DNA from: Chrysemys picta bellii
Lineage: Eukaryota
NCBI RefSeq assembly: GCF_011386835.1
Contig: NC_088797.1
Location: forward strand, 32,612,001 to 32,676,000
DNA length: 64,000 bases
Direction of reading: 5' to 3'
Shown here piece by piece: positions 34,110-48,059 of this stretch. The translations under genes were made by a program, and so were the position numbers. The notes under the pieces were generated by a model that was not told where the DNA came from, made no database searches, and saw only the letters and a program-made list of their open reading frames with translations. Within the stretch, counting starts at the first letter, position 1, and each line of letters starts with the position of its first letter.

Positions 34110-35878
34110 TTAGCTACAGGTATCTTCGATGACCTCCAGCAGGGGGGCCTCCCCTCGTTTACTGTCCACTAGCAGCTGCGAGGGGCCGTGGACCAGCATG
34201 CCTGGGTCCCTGAAAGCTGCTTTCTGGAAGACCACAGCTCCATCCAGCACCGTGAGCCCATGATGGCGGCACAGCTCTGCCATCTCCTCAGGGCTGTCCA
34301 CTGCCAGCAGCCGGGCGAGCCAGGTCAGAGGGCAGCGACAGTTCCTGGCACTAAAGCCGTGGCTAAAGGTGAGCAGTGCCAAGCGCCGGGCGGGGCCCAG
34401 GTGCCGATGGAGGGCGCAAATTGGCAGGTAGGGCAAGGCCTGCACCAGGCGGAAAAACCGTGCCCAGTTGCGCTCCAGGTAAGCCCAGTTGACAGCCAGC
34501 GCTGTGCGGAGTTCAGGGGAGGCCCGGACAGGGTCTGGGAGCTGCAGGACCTGGCGCAGAGCTTCCGGGAAGCCTAGGGTGGAAAAGGGGCAAATCAGAG
34601 CAGCGCCCCTTGCTGAGCCCCCCACGGCTGCTCCTTGCAGCACAGCACCCCCTGCTGAGCTCCCCCCCCACTCCCTGCAGCACAGGGCCCCTACTGAGAT
34701 CCCCCATCCTGCTCCCTGCAGCACAGTGCCCCTCCCTGACTACATGCCTCTCTCCCTGTCATCTGGCTCCCTCTGAGCCCCTTGCACCATTCTCTGCAGT
34801 CCAGCACCCCCTACTGAGCCCTCTGTGCCATCCCATGCAGCACAATGCCCTCTTCTGAGCCCGCACTTCTCCCTGCAGCACAGCACCCCCTACTGAGCCC
34901 CTGCTCCCTCTCTGCAGCCCAGCGTCACCCACTGATCTACCCACATTGCTCCCTCCTAGCACCGCACTGGGGTCAGCACTGACTGCCAGGGGAGAGTGCC
35001 CCCTATTGAGCCCCTGACCCTGGTCTCTGTGGCACAGTGCCCTCTACTGAGCCACCACGCTATTCCCTGCATCACAGTACCCCCTGCTGAGCAACACGGC
35101 CCACTCTCTGCAGCACAGTCCCTCCTACTGAGCAATGCATGCAGCACAGTGTGCCCTACTGAGCAACTCACCCTGCCCTATGCAGCACAACGCCCCCTAC
35201 TGACCCCCTCCTACTCCCTGCAGCACACCACACACCTCCCCCCAATTCTGCCTGCAGCACAGCGACCTCTACTGACTCCCCCTCCTGCTTCCTGCAGCAC
35301 AGCACCCCCTAGTGCTGCTCACCCAGGTTGTAGAGGAGGAAAAGGGCCTGGAAGGCCGGCTCCCCGTGATGACAGCTGTCCTGGTAGCAGCGCCGCAGCC
35401 AGCTGAAGCACTCCTGGAGCTGGGTGCGATGGAGGTGGGGGTCGAAGCGGGCAGGAGTTTCCTGGCACAGCTGGTAGCCGGCATGGAGCAGGTAGCCCAG
35501 TGATCGCTCCAGCAGGGCCACGCATGGAGCCCCTTGCAGCCGCTGCAGCGTGGCATCCTGGCGCACAGCACGCAACCGGTCGGAGATGAAAGCATGGACC
35601 TCAGCTGGGGGCAGGTCGGCTTGAGGCGCCACCTGGCCCAGCAGGTAGCGCACAGTGGCCAGCAGCACTGGGGCAGGGCGCAGCTCCTGGGGCCGGGGCA
35701 GCTCCTTGCCAGCAGCTGGACGGGAATACTCCTTCACCACGCGGGCAGGGTCACCCTGCCGCGTCCCCTCCCGCAGCTCCAGCCGGTGCAGGCGGCCCTG
35801 GCGCTCCCGCTGTGCCAGCTCACCCAGCGGGCACATCCCAGGGCATGTGCCCACTGGGAACTCATCTGCACCCCCCAT
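34110..35878 (-). CDS. SAC3D1: SAC3 domain-containing protein 1, 2 coding exons, 339 aa
   Basis: Exons 35878-35323 and 34573-34110, joined in phase 1 by a GT-AG intron; the acceptor at 35890 implies a further upstream exon. Motifs PVGTCPGMCP, LHRLE, VKEYSRPAAGK, ELRPAPVLLATVRYL, FISDRLRAVRQD, FQALFLLYNLG, RFFRL. Adjacent to SNX15. Confidence 0.95.
34598..35315. repeat. ~40-bp tandem repeat filling the SAC3D1 intron
   Basis: About 15 copies of ctgcagcacagcRccccctactgagcccc...ctcc; the same unit is dispersed at ~14250-14390, 15670-15830, 20320-20410 and 27400-27585. Confidence 0.85.
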
Positions 35879-36329
35879 TGGCCAGGCACCTGCAGCAGAG
35901 ACAGAGAGTGAGAGGATCTGGGCGTGGGGGGAGGGGAGGTCGGGGGTTCCAGTAGTGTGTGGGGTGAGATGAGGAGAATCAGGTCCTCCCTGTGGGGACT
36001 CTGAGGAGGGGCAGGTCTGAGGTAAGGGCCCCTCCTTGTGGGGCCTGGTAGATGGGTGATCTGAACTACGCCTCTGCTGGGTCCTAGGAGGAGACATGGG
36101 GTCAGGGCTGTCCCGGTGGGAGAACTTGACCAATCCCAGCAGCCCCCCCAAATTATATCCTCCTCCCCCCACAGACCTGCCCAATGCTAGGGATAAACTC
36201 CAGGACTCCTGACCCCTCAGCCCCCCCTGCTCTCACCACTAGACCCCACTCTCCTCCCCGCGCTGAGACTAGAGCCCAGTCGCCCCTCCCCCCAACCGGG
36301 GAGCCTTCCCTGGGTCCCACAATGCCCTA

Positions 36330-36520
36330 CGGTCTCGAACACCCCCCCTTGCAATTCCCCCACAGTGCACTGCGCCAGAGGCTGCTTCCTCCTTGCACAA
36401 GCAAACAGCCCGTCATCATCATGTGATCTCATCATCCAATCCCAGCTGTGTAGGGCTCGGGGCGGGGAATGCTGCTGTCTAGTCCGTTAGAAGGGGAGGC
36501 GGGCGCGCAGTCAGGACGCC
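36330..36520 (-). promoter_or_regulatory. Probable SAC3D1 promoter
   Basis: CpG-richer patch with CCAAT (36436-36440) and a GC box GGGGCGGGG (36459-36467), upstream of the coding exons. Confidence 0.4.
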
Positions 36521-36899
36521 TGGGTTCTATCCCTGGCTCTCGGAGGGGTCTAGTGGCTTAGACCAGGGTGGCTGTGAGCCAGGACTCCTGGGTTCTAGTC
36601 CCAGCTCTCCCCTTGGCACTGGGAGGGAGTTCTTTTGCCCTCTTTGTGCCTCAGTTGTTCCCACCCAAGTTGGCAGCTGTGTGCTTTGTTTCCTTGCTGC
36701 TTGCAAAGTGCTTTGCAATTGTGAGCAGGGAAGGGAACTCCTGGATCTCCTGCCCCAGCCATCAGGGCAAGGGGACCACATCCCCTCTAGAAGAGGAACC
36801 TAGGAAGTACTATGCCAGGGAGACCATTTAGCCTGGTATCCTATCTTCCAGAGCAGCCCAGGGCCCAGCTGCTTGAAAGGCAGGTGAAGGAGCCCTTCA

Positions 36900-37140
36900 C
36901 TAATGACATAAGTGGATCACAAGGGCAGATTCCTCCTGACCCCCATTAGTCAGGAATGAGCTCTTGCCCTGAAGCATGAGGGTTTCTGCTCTTTCCCAAA
37001 GCTTAGATGACATTTTAATCTTTGCTCTGGATGTTCTCGTTATTCAGATGAACATCCAATTCTAGTCTGAATCCCTCTAACTTGGCTTCAATGAGACCTT
37101 GTGGCAATGAGTCCCACAGGTTAACAGTGTGGAGACATTA
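36900..37140 (-). mobile_element. Old CR1/L2-type LINE 3' fragment
   Basis: Resembles LINE 3' regions (gtggcaatgagtcccacaggttaa; cagattcctcctgacccc); no ORF remains. Confidence 0.45.
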
Positions 37141-39384
37141 TACGATCAGACTCACACTCCCTCACTCTCTGACCAGAATTCACCCACAATTTCAGCCCCC
37201 AAGAAAGCCATAAATCCAGGTTGCAGCCACACACCAGGACACTGAAGAACCAGGGAGGTTTCTCTCTATTGACCCACAGCCCAATTTTCTCAGACACATG
37301 AGGGATGGGAGATTTACAGGTAAAATACATTTAACACCAAGAATCAAGACTCCTCAGTTCTATTCCTGGCTGTGGGAGGGGACTGAACCCTGGGTTCTAG
37401 TTCCAGCTTTGGGAGCAGAGTGTGGTCTAAAGGGGGCTGGGAGTCAGGTTTGGGAATAGAGTGGGATCTAATGGATTGGGAAGAAGCCAGAGAATCAGGT
37501 CTCTTGGGTTTTATTCCAAGCTCTGGGAGCAGGGATGGGGTGGGGGGGGAGGGGAGACAGGACTCCTGAGCTTTTTATTCCATTTTAAGAGAATCCAACA
37601 GACAGCAGCTCTCCAGAACTGTCAGCTCTCCCTGGCTCTGAGGAGCCCATCAGAGTAGTTACAAGCTTCAGAACCATTAAAGGATGTACCCTGACAGTAC
37701 TCTGAAACTGAGGCACAGAGATGGGAAGTGACTTGCCCAAGGTCAGACCCCACGTCTGTGACAGCACCAGGAATCCAATCCAGGTCTCTGAAGTCCCAGT
37801 CCTGGGGCCTTAACCACAAGACCTCATGGAAAGGCTCCATCTAATGATTAATCCTTCTCTATGGTAGTCACAGTTGAGAGTCATCAGGAGGGGGACTGAA
37901 CTCAGGCCCTTCAATGAAAGCAGAACAGGCCGCTACCAGATAAGCCACAAGAGAAATGCCAAGCAGTAATAAGCTCTCACCCATTGTGTGGACCAGGTAA
38001 AACACAGAGAACCTGGGCGTTACCCAAGCAAGGCTGTGAGACAGAAAACCCTAAGGATTCCCCCAGCAGTTAAGATTACAAATTAAAAATGCCCCCTGGG
38101 GTAAATAATTCACCCTGTTGGCTGACACAAGCTACACAACGTGAGCCCCTCTCCACTAGTTCCTGTTACCCAAGCAGCCTCATGTCCACGCTGGTTTGTT
38201 ATCGGCGGAAGCCTGCTACAGAATGGCCTGCAAGCCTTGTGATTATAGATGCTGGATTGTTATTGTAGGGTCTCTTGCAAGCACTGCCCTGACTAATTGT
38301 GCCTCTAGGAGAAAGCTTGAGGGTTAAATCCTGACCCTGCTTTCATGGGGAAGATGAGAGGGTCTAAGCCCCACAGGATTGATGCAGGGCCCCCTACTAA
38401 GGATGGAGCCCTGGCCACATGCTAGTCTCTGCCAATAGTCCCCTGGGGGCTCCAGTGCTGCTGGGAGAATGAGTCAGCAGCTTTCACCTCATGCTGCTGA
38501 GTGAAGGGGGAGGACAGGTGGTTTCCATACGCAGCAGGAAAGCAGGGCCACGGGAGTTCTTCTGTATCCATTCCCCTCTCCTCCTTTCCTACTATAGGTT
38601 CCTCCACCCCTCTAGTGTGTTGGCCTTGTCACCCACTAGTGCCTGTAACACAGAGGGTAAAAAACCTGCTGCTGTCTGAAGGAAGAGCCTTACTCAGTTC
38701 ATAGGGGAGAAGCCCAGCCCTTTGACCATTACATTCTCATGTTCAAGTCCCAGGACTCCTGTGGTCTATGCTCAGCTCTGAGAGGGGAGGGGGAACTGGG
38801 AGTCAGGACACCTGGCTTCTACTCTATGCTCTGGGAGGGGAGTGAGGTCTAGAGAACTAGAACAAGAGGAAGCTAGGACTGCTGGATTCGATTTCCAGCT
38901 TTGCCACCAGTTTCCTATGACTTTGGGCAAGTCATAGCTCTCTGTGCCTCAGTTTCTGCAAAGTGGGGGTGTTGACCTCTCCCTCTTTGGGTGTGGGGGC
39001 TCCAGGGCTCATTCACCTTTGCAAAGAGCTGAAGCTTCCTGACTGATGACTATTCAAAGCACAAGCCAAAGGGCCAGAAGAAGAATCACCCACTGTCTGG
39101 AGAGGTGCTATAGACACAAATATCTTTAGTAGTGCGGAGAGATTGCCCCCCTTCACCATACAGCCCTGTGTTAAAGCAAACCATGGAGGCGCTGTGAGTG
39201 GTGTGTTTCTAGCCGGGGCCTGTAGTCCTGCTTCTGAGCCCAGTGAGGACATGAGGGAAAGGCTTTAGCTAAATCACTGGTATGTGAATGTGTTGGCCCT
39301 AGATCCCTTTGGAAAGGCAGTTTGGGGTTCAGAGCTCAACTCAGCCCCATGCCCTGGGGGCAGGGAGGGGACTTAGATCCTGGC

Positions 39385-42300
39385 TCATGGCTGGAGATGG
39401 GTCAGCTGGACCAGCTCTTCGGCCCGATGTAGATACTCGGCTGTCTTCTTCTTCACTGCTTCCCGGCGGGCAGGATCGGGGTCTCCTGGGTAGGGAGAGG
39501 AGAAATGAACAGATGTGCCCATGACTGTAAGCAATGAGCTGGCTCCCTGCACTGAGCTATGGTGCTAGCCGACTCCTCCCTGCAGTGAAACGTATGACAC
39601 TGAGGCCTTGTCTCTCCAGCTGCTAGCACAACAGGGCAGGGTGACTGCTAGTGCTGCTTGAGGGCAGCTAATCCTTCAGTGCCTTTCCCCAATTCTTCCT
39701 CGTCCAGGTGCCTGTAAAGGACAGACAGGTTCTCCCCCAATTCACTAGAAAAGGATCACAGCCACTCAGCTTGCTGTGGTAATAAGGACTATAGGATGCC
39801 TCCCTGAAATCTTAGCACCTCCCAAGAGCGAGGCAGACGCATCAACTGAGGTGAGGCTAACAATTCGCATGCAATCACAGAGTTAACTCCGCAGGGAAGA
39901 CCTGCTCTTGGAGAACGGTGGCCAGGAGACATTGTCTCAGCATGCTGCCAGCTGGTCCCAAAGGACTGGTGCATGTCTGGGCTGAGGACCAGGGATTTCA
40001 GGACCAAGACTCAGACCTCCAAACTCAGTGACATCTCGAGAAAGCAGCTGTGGGTTTGTTCTTTACGCCGAACTGTTTGGCCACAACAGCCCAGACTAAA
40101 TGTGGAAGGATCCACACTGCTGTTAGGTAGCCTGAGTTAATTTGCAACCACCTGGGGAAACAAAAGGCCCTCAAGGATCAGGGAAGGGAAAAGATGGCCA
40201 AAAAGCCACAGCAAAATCTGTGCTTAAGCCAAAGAGGAAGTGGCAGCCCTGGCAAAGGGACAGGATCAATCTCACACCCTGGGTAACCTTAATATTGGAT
40301 CTTCCTCCCGCCTGACAGCAGGCTGAGGGTGGCTGGCTCATTGGCAACACCCAGCTGCAGCTGGGGAGCTCTTTGGGGTAGGGACTGCCTGTTCCGTGGT
40401 TGTGCAATACCTAGCACACTGGGGTCCTGCTCCAGGACTGGGGCGACCAGATGCAGCCTCATTAGTGGTTACGGGTCAGGAGAAGGGAGGACCACGCTGA
40501 ACTTCGGGGCCTCTCTTTGTCTGGCTGGAATGTGGGAACTTATGAAAACTGACCACTTCCCAGAATCGCTGGGAATGGTCAAGGCACCAGCACCCTGCTG
40601 AACTGGGGACAAGCAAACCCTGATTTTCACTAGAAAGCAGTCCACTTGGTGCGGCAGGCAGAGGCTCTCTGGTGCCCTCTGCTGCCACCTACACACATCA
40701 CAGGCAGCAGCTCACCAGAGGGCCATACACTTCACTGCTCATGCAGGCCAAGCTCTGTGTTATCCAACTTCTTATGTGCTAATGGAGGATCGAGGTGAGG
40801 GGTCCAGCTGGGGGAGGAGGGGCTGGGTGGGTGTGAGGGGTGGTAATGGTCAAAGGCCCTGTCTGGGCAGGGGGCTGGACACAGTGGGGGCAAATGAGGG
40901 GCTAGCCAGCAATGGGGAGGGGCTACTGGCTATACAGTTTGGCCTACCTATGCCATGAAGGGTGCAATGCTCTGGTAATAACAGCGCTGGCCCAGGCCAA
41001 TCCCCTCTCACATCCCTGCAAGCGAGCGGGTTGGCTGTGACATGGGGAGGGTTGTTCCACTGCAGCTTGTGAGAGCTGCCCCAAGTCCCTGCTTAGGGTG
41101 ATTTAGGGGACACACACACCTTTAGAGAGGGGGCCAAGTGCAGCCTGATGGAATCAAGGCCTGTGACTCCGCTCTATGGGGGGGGGGGGGGGAAGGGAAA
41201 ATCAATGGAGGTAAGACACCGCTGATGGGAGGGAGGGTTCTGAATGCAGACACTAATGGGCAGGGGGCTAACAGCTGCCATGACACACAAACATCTCTGG
41301 GAGAGCAGGGGAGAGAGCTGGGAGTCAGGACTCCTGGGTTCGATGCCAAGCTCTGGGATGGGAGTGAAGTCCAGTGGTTAAAACAGGGGGCTGAGGGCCA
41401 GGACTCCTGCATTCTGCTCTGGCTGTGCTGCAGACTTCATGCCATGCCTTGTGGGGGACGTCACTAACCTTCTCTGTGCCTCACTTTCCCCTCTATGCTA
41501 TGGAGGGTACTGGTTTATCAATGAGGTCAGACCAAGAGGTTCCCCCACCCCTCCAAGTACCTTGCACCCCCTTCAGCAGGATGTCCACCCCATTGCGGTA
41601 GCCACAGAGGGCCCCTGCGTAGTCTTTGGCTGCTTCTCTCTTCAAGGCCAGTGTGATCTCCTCAGTGGCCACTGCCAGGTACCCTCCTGGGTCCAGTCCC
41701 TGTATTGCCTCCTGCTCCGCAGGCTGAGAGATCTGCAGGTCCCACAGGGCATCAGCCGCCAGCTCAATGTCCTGGCCGGGGAGCAGCTCTGATCCCACGG
41801 CCAACATGGCCCCCTGGGAAGGGCTGGCTGAGCATTGCTCTGAAAGCACAAAGTATGTGTGTGTGTGGGGGGGAGGCACGTTAGAAGGGAGCAGGGACCC
41901 CATGCCGGCTTCATGAGACTGAAACCCTCCATTCCCCTCTCCCACTATGGTGAGCACCAGGCAAGATTCCCACCCCTGCACCCTCCAAATGGCCTGAGCC
42001 TGCCCAGCTCCTAGAGGAGAAAGCCTCCATCTCCCACTCCCCTGAGCCAGCCAGTGCTCCCACCCTGGGACTGGATCAGAGCTGGCGTCCCCTAGAGATG
42101 ACCCAGACCCATCTAACCCCCTCCTACCTTCCTTGATGAAGGGGTCAAAGAGGGCCAGGTCCTGGTTAGACAGGGGGCCGTGGAGAGGTGACCCGCTCTC
42201 CTTCTCCTCCCCCACCGAGGCAAAGAGCAGATCCAGATCCTCCTCGGATTTAGCAGCCAGTGCAGGGTCCCCTGTGAGCCAGGCACAAAGCACAGGAGAA

Positions 42301-45300
42301 AGTGTGGGTGTCTGAACTGAACCCCACCCTGAGGAGCCAGCCTGCCTACCTGCCCAGGGAGCAGCCCCACTATCAGCTGAGGGTCTGGCGCTCAAGGCCT
42401 TAGTTTCCCCATCTATACAACCGGGAGAGTCACTGTTTGTCTGTGAGCTCTTTGGGGCAGAGATGGTCTCTCGCTGGGTTTGTAGGCGCTAATGTAATAC
42501 TACTACTAATGCACCCACCAAAATGGGTGCATTTGTGGCCTCTAGATGCTACTGTATGATTAATAATCAAGCACAAACCATAATGGGGCCTGTGGGCACT
42601 ACGATATTACTACTAATAATGTGCATGCTATAACGGGGTGCAAATCTCAGCTGGTTTCTAGGTGCTACTGTAATGCTACTAATAATACACACAATAATGA
42701 GGCCCTGATCTCAGCTGGGGCATCTGGCTGTGACCATACTACTACACACTACAATTAAGGCCCCCCCAATATTGGATGGGGCCTGTAGATGTTACCATAA
42801 TATTACTAATAATGCACACCCGTAATGGGGCGCAGATCACAGCTGAGGTCTCTAGATGCTATTTTACTACTACTGTGTACCTCATAGAGGGATCCCAATC
42901 TTGGTCAGGGCCTGTGCATACTGTACTCTATGGTGTAATACAGCACCTCTAGGAGCCTCTAGGTACCACCACCATATGATTAGTGCTGCTAAGTGCATCT
43001 AGGCTGGGCCAGCTGAAGAGCCTCTGCCGGAGGCAGGATAGAGCCTGGGATCTGACAATCTTCACTGGCGAACGCTGAAAGTGAGGCCTTTCATTATAGG
43101 CTCAGGCCCCTGAGCTGCCTCTTGTCCAGTCCCTCCCTGGTGCTGGGCTGTGACTACAGCTCTTTGTTTCCCGACTCCTGACTCGCCTGCTGTAGCAGCA
43201 GAATCCTCCCTCATTCCCCCACCTACAAACCACATGATGCATCATCCCCTGTCTCCCCCTGAATCAGCTGAATGTCATGTGCTCATGGTGCATTGTCCCC
43301 TAATCCTGCTCCCCAGCCTGCAGAGAAGAGGAGGCCTGGGATTCTGAAGCGCCTGCTGCCCCAATCAGAGCCACGGTCAGTCAGTGCCTTTGGAAACCAA
43401 ACCCTTGGCAAGGGCAACGTCCTTCATGGAGATCATGGCTGGGATTTGTAAAAGGTGTTAAATGTCAAAATCCTCTGGGAGTTGGGGACCTAATTCCCAA
43501 TCGCAGCCTCCAATCCTCCCTACTAGGGAGTGGCTCTTAGCGATGCCACTTTAGAGAGCTGATCACCGGGCTGGTCAGTTTCACATATACTGAGATGCAG
43601 CATGGTCCAATAGCTAGGATACAAGGCTGGGCCTCAGGACTTCTGGGTTCTATTCCCAGCTCTGCCACTGACCTGCTGGGTGACCTTTGACAAGTCCCTT
43701 CACCTCTTTGTGCCTCTGTTTCCCACCCTTTGTCTATTTAGAGTGTGAGCTTTTCTGGACGGAGACCATGTAACACAATGAGCCCTGAGCTCAGCTGAGG
43801 CCTGTAGGTGCCACCACAATACTGGTGATAATGTGGACACCATAGTGAGGCTCTAATACAGAGGGGTCCTCCAGGTACAACCTTAATACTCCAGCTAAGG
43901 TGCACCCCATAATGGGGTCCCTTCATGCTCCCACAATATAAATAAGAGTTGCTCAAATCTCTGCTCTGAAACTCAGCTGGCAAATTTCCCTTCCTGCTCC
44001 CCCTGCCGTAAGCACAAGGTTGGTCTGTTTGGGTAGCCAGGGTCAGGTTTAAATGATAAAAATGGGGAAAAGGTTCCTGAACGTCACAGATCAACACCAT
44101 AACATTTAACGGCGCAATAATATTTTTGCCTCTCTTTTGTGCCTTTCCTCTGAGGAAGTCAAAGGCTTTGCCCATAGCAATTTAATTAACGCTTCACAGC
44201 CCTGCTAAGAGGCTGGTCAGTACAATTATCCCCATTTTGTAGACTGAGGAAGAGCAGCACAGACAGGGGAAGCAATTTGTCCAAGGTAACACTGGGAGTC
44301 TGTGACAGGGCATGGAACTGAACCCAGAAAACCCAGCTCTTGTCACTCAGTCAGACTCCCCCCTCCCAGAGCTGGGGATAGAACCCAGGAGTCCTGACTC
44401 CCAGCCCCCCTGCTCTAAACCACCTGATCCCACTGCCCTCCCAGAGCTGGGGATAGAACCCAGGAATCTTGACTCCCGGTCGCCCTGCTGTAACCCACAA
44501 AATCAATAGCAGGAATCTTGTACCTGTCTCCTCTCCCCCGTTATGCTCCTCCCCCGCTACCCCCACAGCTCCCAGGGGCACTGGGCTCTGCGGTTCCGCC
44601 TGCTCCCTTCGGTGTGGGTGCGGCTCCAGCTCCCGCTCAGGCTCCAGGCTCTGCAGTCCCAGCTCTGCCACAGATCCCTGAGCATCGTCCCCGGCATCTG
44701 TGCCCTCCTGTGGTACTGGGATCAGAGGGGGCGGCAGGATGCGTAGGTCACAGGCCTCCAGGGGCCTCTTTACCTCCCCTCCCTGGAGGAAGGAAGCAGC
44801 ATGGTAAAGGAGGAGCTGGGGACTGGGGTGCTAGTGTGGCCATGGGGGCAGGGATGGGGTATTAGCTTCGCGCTTCTCCACTGGCAGCAGACATGTTTTG
44901 ACATGCACAGTGGGGAAGATGGGCACAAATGGGGGAAGTGACCTGCCCAGAACCACATAGCAGGTCAGTGGCAGAACTGGGAAGGGAACCCAGGCGTCCA
45001 GATACCAGCTCCCCCCATAACCCACATCCCTCCCAGAGCTGGGAATAGAACCTGGGAATCCTGACTCCCAGCTCCCACTGTTCTAACCCACTAGACCCAA
45101 TCAGTCCTGACTATCATCTTTCAGAGGAGTCTCTGCTGTACACTGGGAGGGGGAGACTCTCCTCAGCCCAAGCTTTTCAAGGGAGTGTAGAGCAACTGCG
45201 TGGGCCGTTGGTACTGCCATGTGTGTGAGCAGCCTGATGCATCAGCAATGGACTAACCACCCCGGGGTCCCTCAGCCCAGCCCAGCCCTACCCCACGTAC

Positions 45301-48026
45301 CCTGAAAAACTCCTTGAGCTGGGGGCTGTTGTTCAGCGCAGGAATATGCACCGTGAACTTCAGCATGGCCTCAGCCGCTTTCCTGCGCTCCTCGATCACC
45401 TCGGGCTCAAAGCGGCCTGCAAGACAGAGCTATTAGGATAGATCCTCCAGCACAACCCCCTCCCTAGACAGACCATCCACTTCACCTCTAAGCGCTGTGG
45501 TACATTCTAGCCCACCCACCCCTGCCACTGTCTGGTGGGCATCCCACCTCAATTCACTTCACATTGTTGTGGAGCACTGTGGGAAGGAAGAAGCTGTGTG
45601 GGAGGATTAGGGGGTTGTGCTGTGGGGATGGGGGGAGCTGGGCATGGGAGAGGGAGCTGTGCGGGGGGAAAGGTGGAGGGATGGGGGGAGCGGAGTGCGT
45701 CTGTATGTGTGGGGGGAGTTCTCTCTGCCACTGCTCTGGGGGCAACCCAGATGAATCAGGCTCCAGGGGCTGTTTCCCCTTCCCCCACCCAACCCCTTAC
45801 CAAAGACCTGGGCTTTGGGGAAGGTGGGGAACTCCTCCATGCGCCGGAAGAGGTTGCGGTGGATGTAGGACAGGTCCCCATGCAGCTTCTTGAAGTCACT
45901 GTACCGTTTCCAGACCGTGATCTGAAGGACACAAGCCCCCCAGGTGCCCCAGTTAACTAGCCACAGATGTGCACTAACTCCGCAGCTCCCACAGTCCCAG
46001 GGACCCTTCCCTTATTCCCAAAACTGCAACCCTTCAACTCAAACCCTCAAATACAAATCTATGGGCCCAACTCCTTCCAGGCTGAACTTTGATGTCAAAC
46101 TCCTGGATTTCTGTCCCCCTGCTTTTTACCCCCAGACCTTGGTCACTCTGCCCCTAACCCGCAACCTTTGCCATAGGACTCAAAGCCCCAAGACAAAACC
46201 GTCCCCAAAACTCAGCTCCACCAGACCTCAAATTTTGGGACTTTGCCCATCATTGCTGAGCAGCCGTGCATGTGGGCAAGCCTGGAGTGGAGACACTCCC
46301 CCCCGCCCCAAATTCTTTGCTCTCTCTCTGAGAATACGGACGGATGGATATGGATTCCTTCCCACCCTTTCTTCGCACCCCTCCCCTGCACGAGCAGATG
46401 GGTTTAAAAGAGTCACCTGCTTGACATCCTCTGGGTTCGTCTTCGAAACAAACTATGGAGGGAAGAGACAAGGAGTCAGTAACTTCCGAGCCGGGAGGTG
46501 GAGATGGGGAGGTTCAGGGCTAATGAAGGGACCAGCAGCCTAGGGGCGCATCAGCCTAGGATGTGGGAAATGTGACAGCCACGGGGTGTGGTGTGTCAGG
46601 GGTCACCCCCCTGGGACATCCCCAGGGCATGGGAGGTACCTTTAACCTGGGACATCCCTGGGGCATGGGCAATGTGGGACATGTCTTTGACCTACGATAT
46701 CTGCAGTGCCTAGGGCTTATGGCAGGGGACCAGGGGCGGCAAGTTATATGGGCCCGTGGTGCCCAGGCTCCAGCAATGTTTGGGGCTGGGTCTCTCTCCT
46801 GCAGCTCCCCGCTGCCTCTGCTCTGCTGGCTCCCGGCATCAACTGTGGCCGCAGAGTCCTAACGCCCCCCATCCAATAGTGCCAGGGCAGGCTGACCCTG
46901 CCCTTCTGCCTCAGACCCTTCCCTTTTCCAGCGGGACCCTCCACCAGCACAGGCCCTCCGCCCACAGTCACCGCTCCTGCCCCACACTGGGCAAGGGGCA
47001 GCTCCACCCCTAGCGAGGGGCAGCAGCAGGGGAGGAGGCACACATGTGATGGCAGCCCCCCCAGCACCCACTACAGGGGAGGCAAGGGGGCTTCCTGGAC
47101 CTGAGAGAGGCCCTAGGAGCACGTTCAGTGACAGTAGTGCGAGGTGAGTGTGCTGCTGGGGAAGCAGAGGGGGGCCCCCTCCCCCAGAGCTCACTGCTGC
47201 AGGTGGGGAGAGTGCTGGGGGGAGTCCTCCTCTCTGGCCCCAGCCCTGGGGCAGCCCACACCCCAAACTCATCCCCAACCCTGCCCCACACCAGAGCCTG
47301 CACCCCCAGCCAGAGTCCTCTCCCCCCTGCACCCCAACCTTCTGCCCCAGCCCTGAGCCCCCTCCTGCATCATGAACCCCTCATCCACAGCCCTCACCCC
47401 ACACCCCAACCCTCTGCCCTAGCCCTGAGCCCCCACCCCCAGAGCCCTCACATTTTTTACATTTTAAAAAAAATATTGGCTTACTAGGTGGGGCGGGAAG
47501 ACTTAGACCTGTTCTGGGCACCACCAAAAATTATACAAACCTGCCACCCCTGCCTGGGGCGTGGAGAGTTGTGGCAGGTGCTAGCCACGTCCCACGTGCG
47601 GGTCTCACGGGACCCACAAACACAAGGCTCTCCCTGCAGGAAGCTTCCATCTTAAAGGGGCCACACCCACGACACCCCAAAACGGAGACCCACCGGGGTC
47701 CACACGCAGCTCCCTACCTCTTAAAGCGGCTACGTACAGTGTCCTTCCCCCTGAAAAGTACCAGGGCCAAGTCTCGCCCCGTGGTGCTCCCTCCTTAAGG
47801 AGGCCAAGCGAGGTGCCCCCCCTCTCATGGGGGTATCAGCAGCCCCTGCTGTCCAGCAGGAAGGGCCCTTCGCCTTAAAGAAGCCACGCGCAGCACCCTG
47901 GGGAGGGTCCCAGGAGCTGTCCCTCACCTTGGCTGTCACTTTATACTCGGTGTGGCCCTTGGGGTGGCTCCTCGGCTCTGTGACCGTGTAATGCCGCTGG
48001 TACTCATCCTTCACCCTGCAGGCCAT
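39385..48026 (-). CDS. SNX15: Sorting nexin 15 (PX + MIT domains), 8 exons, 384 aa
   Basis: Exons 48026-47928, 46452-46417, 45921-45801, 45416-45301, 44782-44524, 42271-42128, 41839-41561 and 39485-39385; all GT-AG, 1155 nt in frame. PX domain RHYTVTEPRSHPKGHTEYKVTAK...WKRYSDFKKLHGDLSYIHRNLF...HIPALNNSPQLKEFFR; MIT domain [37 protein letters not shown]. Confidence 0.97.
42470..42990. repeat. AT-richer ~60-bp degenerate tandem repeat in a SNX15 intron
   Basis: Recurring tctagRtgctactgta...tactaataatgcacac...ataatggggcc...atctcagctg modules. Confidence 0.65.
46731..47552. mobile_element. Non-autonomous hAT-like element in SNX15 intron 1
   Basis: TIRs CAGGGGCGGCAAGTT / AACCTGCCACCCCTG (13/15 match); the flanking 8-mers caggggac / cctggggc match only 5/8. 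Confidence 0.6.
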
Positions 48027-48059
48027 CACCCTCCTCCCATTGGGGCTGCGGCCCCTTTA

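Noticed and set aside
35879-36184. N-terminal 102 aa of the 291-aa SAC3D1 ORF
   Set aside because: It runs through a polypyrimidine tract and acceptor at 35890 and is low-complexity; treated as intron.
36395-36445. UGAUGA repeats on the minus strand resembling a C/D snoRNA box C
   Set aside because: No convincing box D (CUGA) with a terminal stem at a suitable distance; it fits better as promoter sequence.
43150-43340. Strong minus-strand acceptor at ~43320 in SNX15 intron 5
   Set aside because: All three frames hit stops within ~45 nt, and exons 5 and 6 already join in phase.
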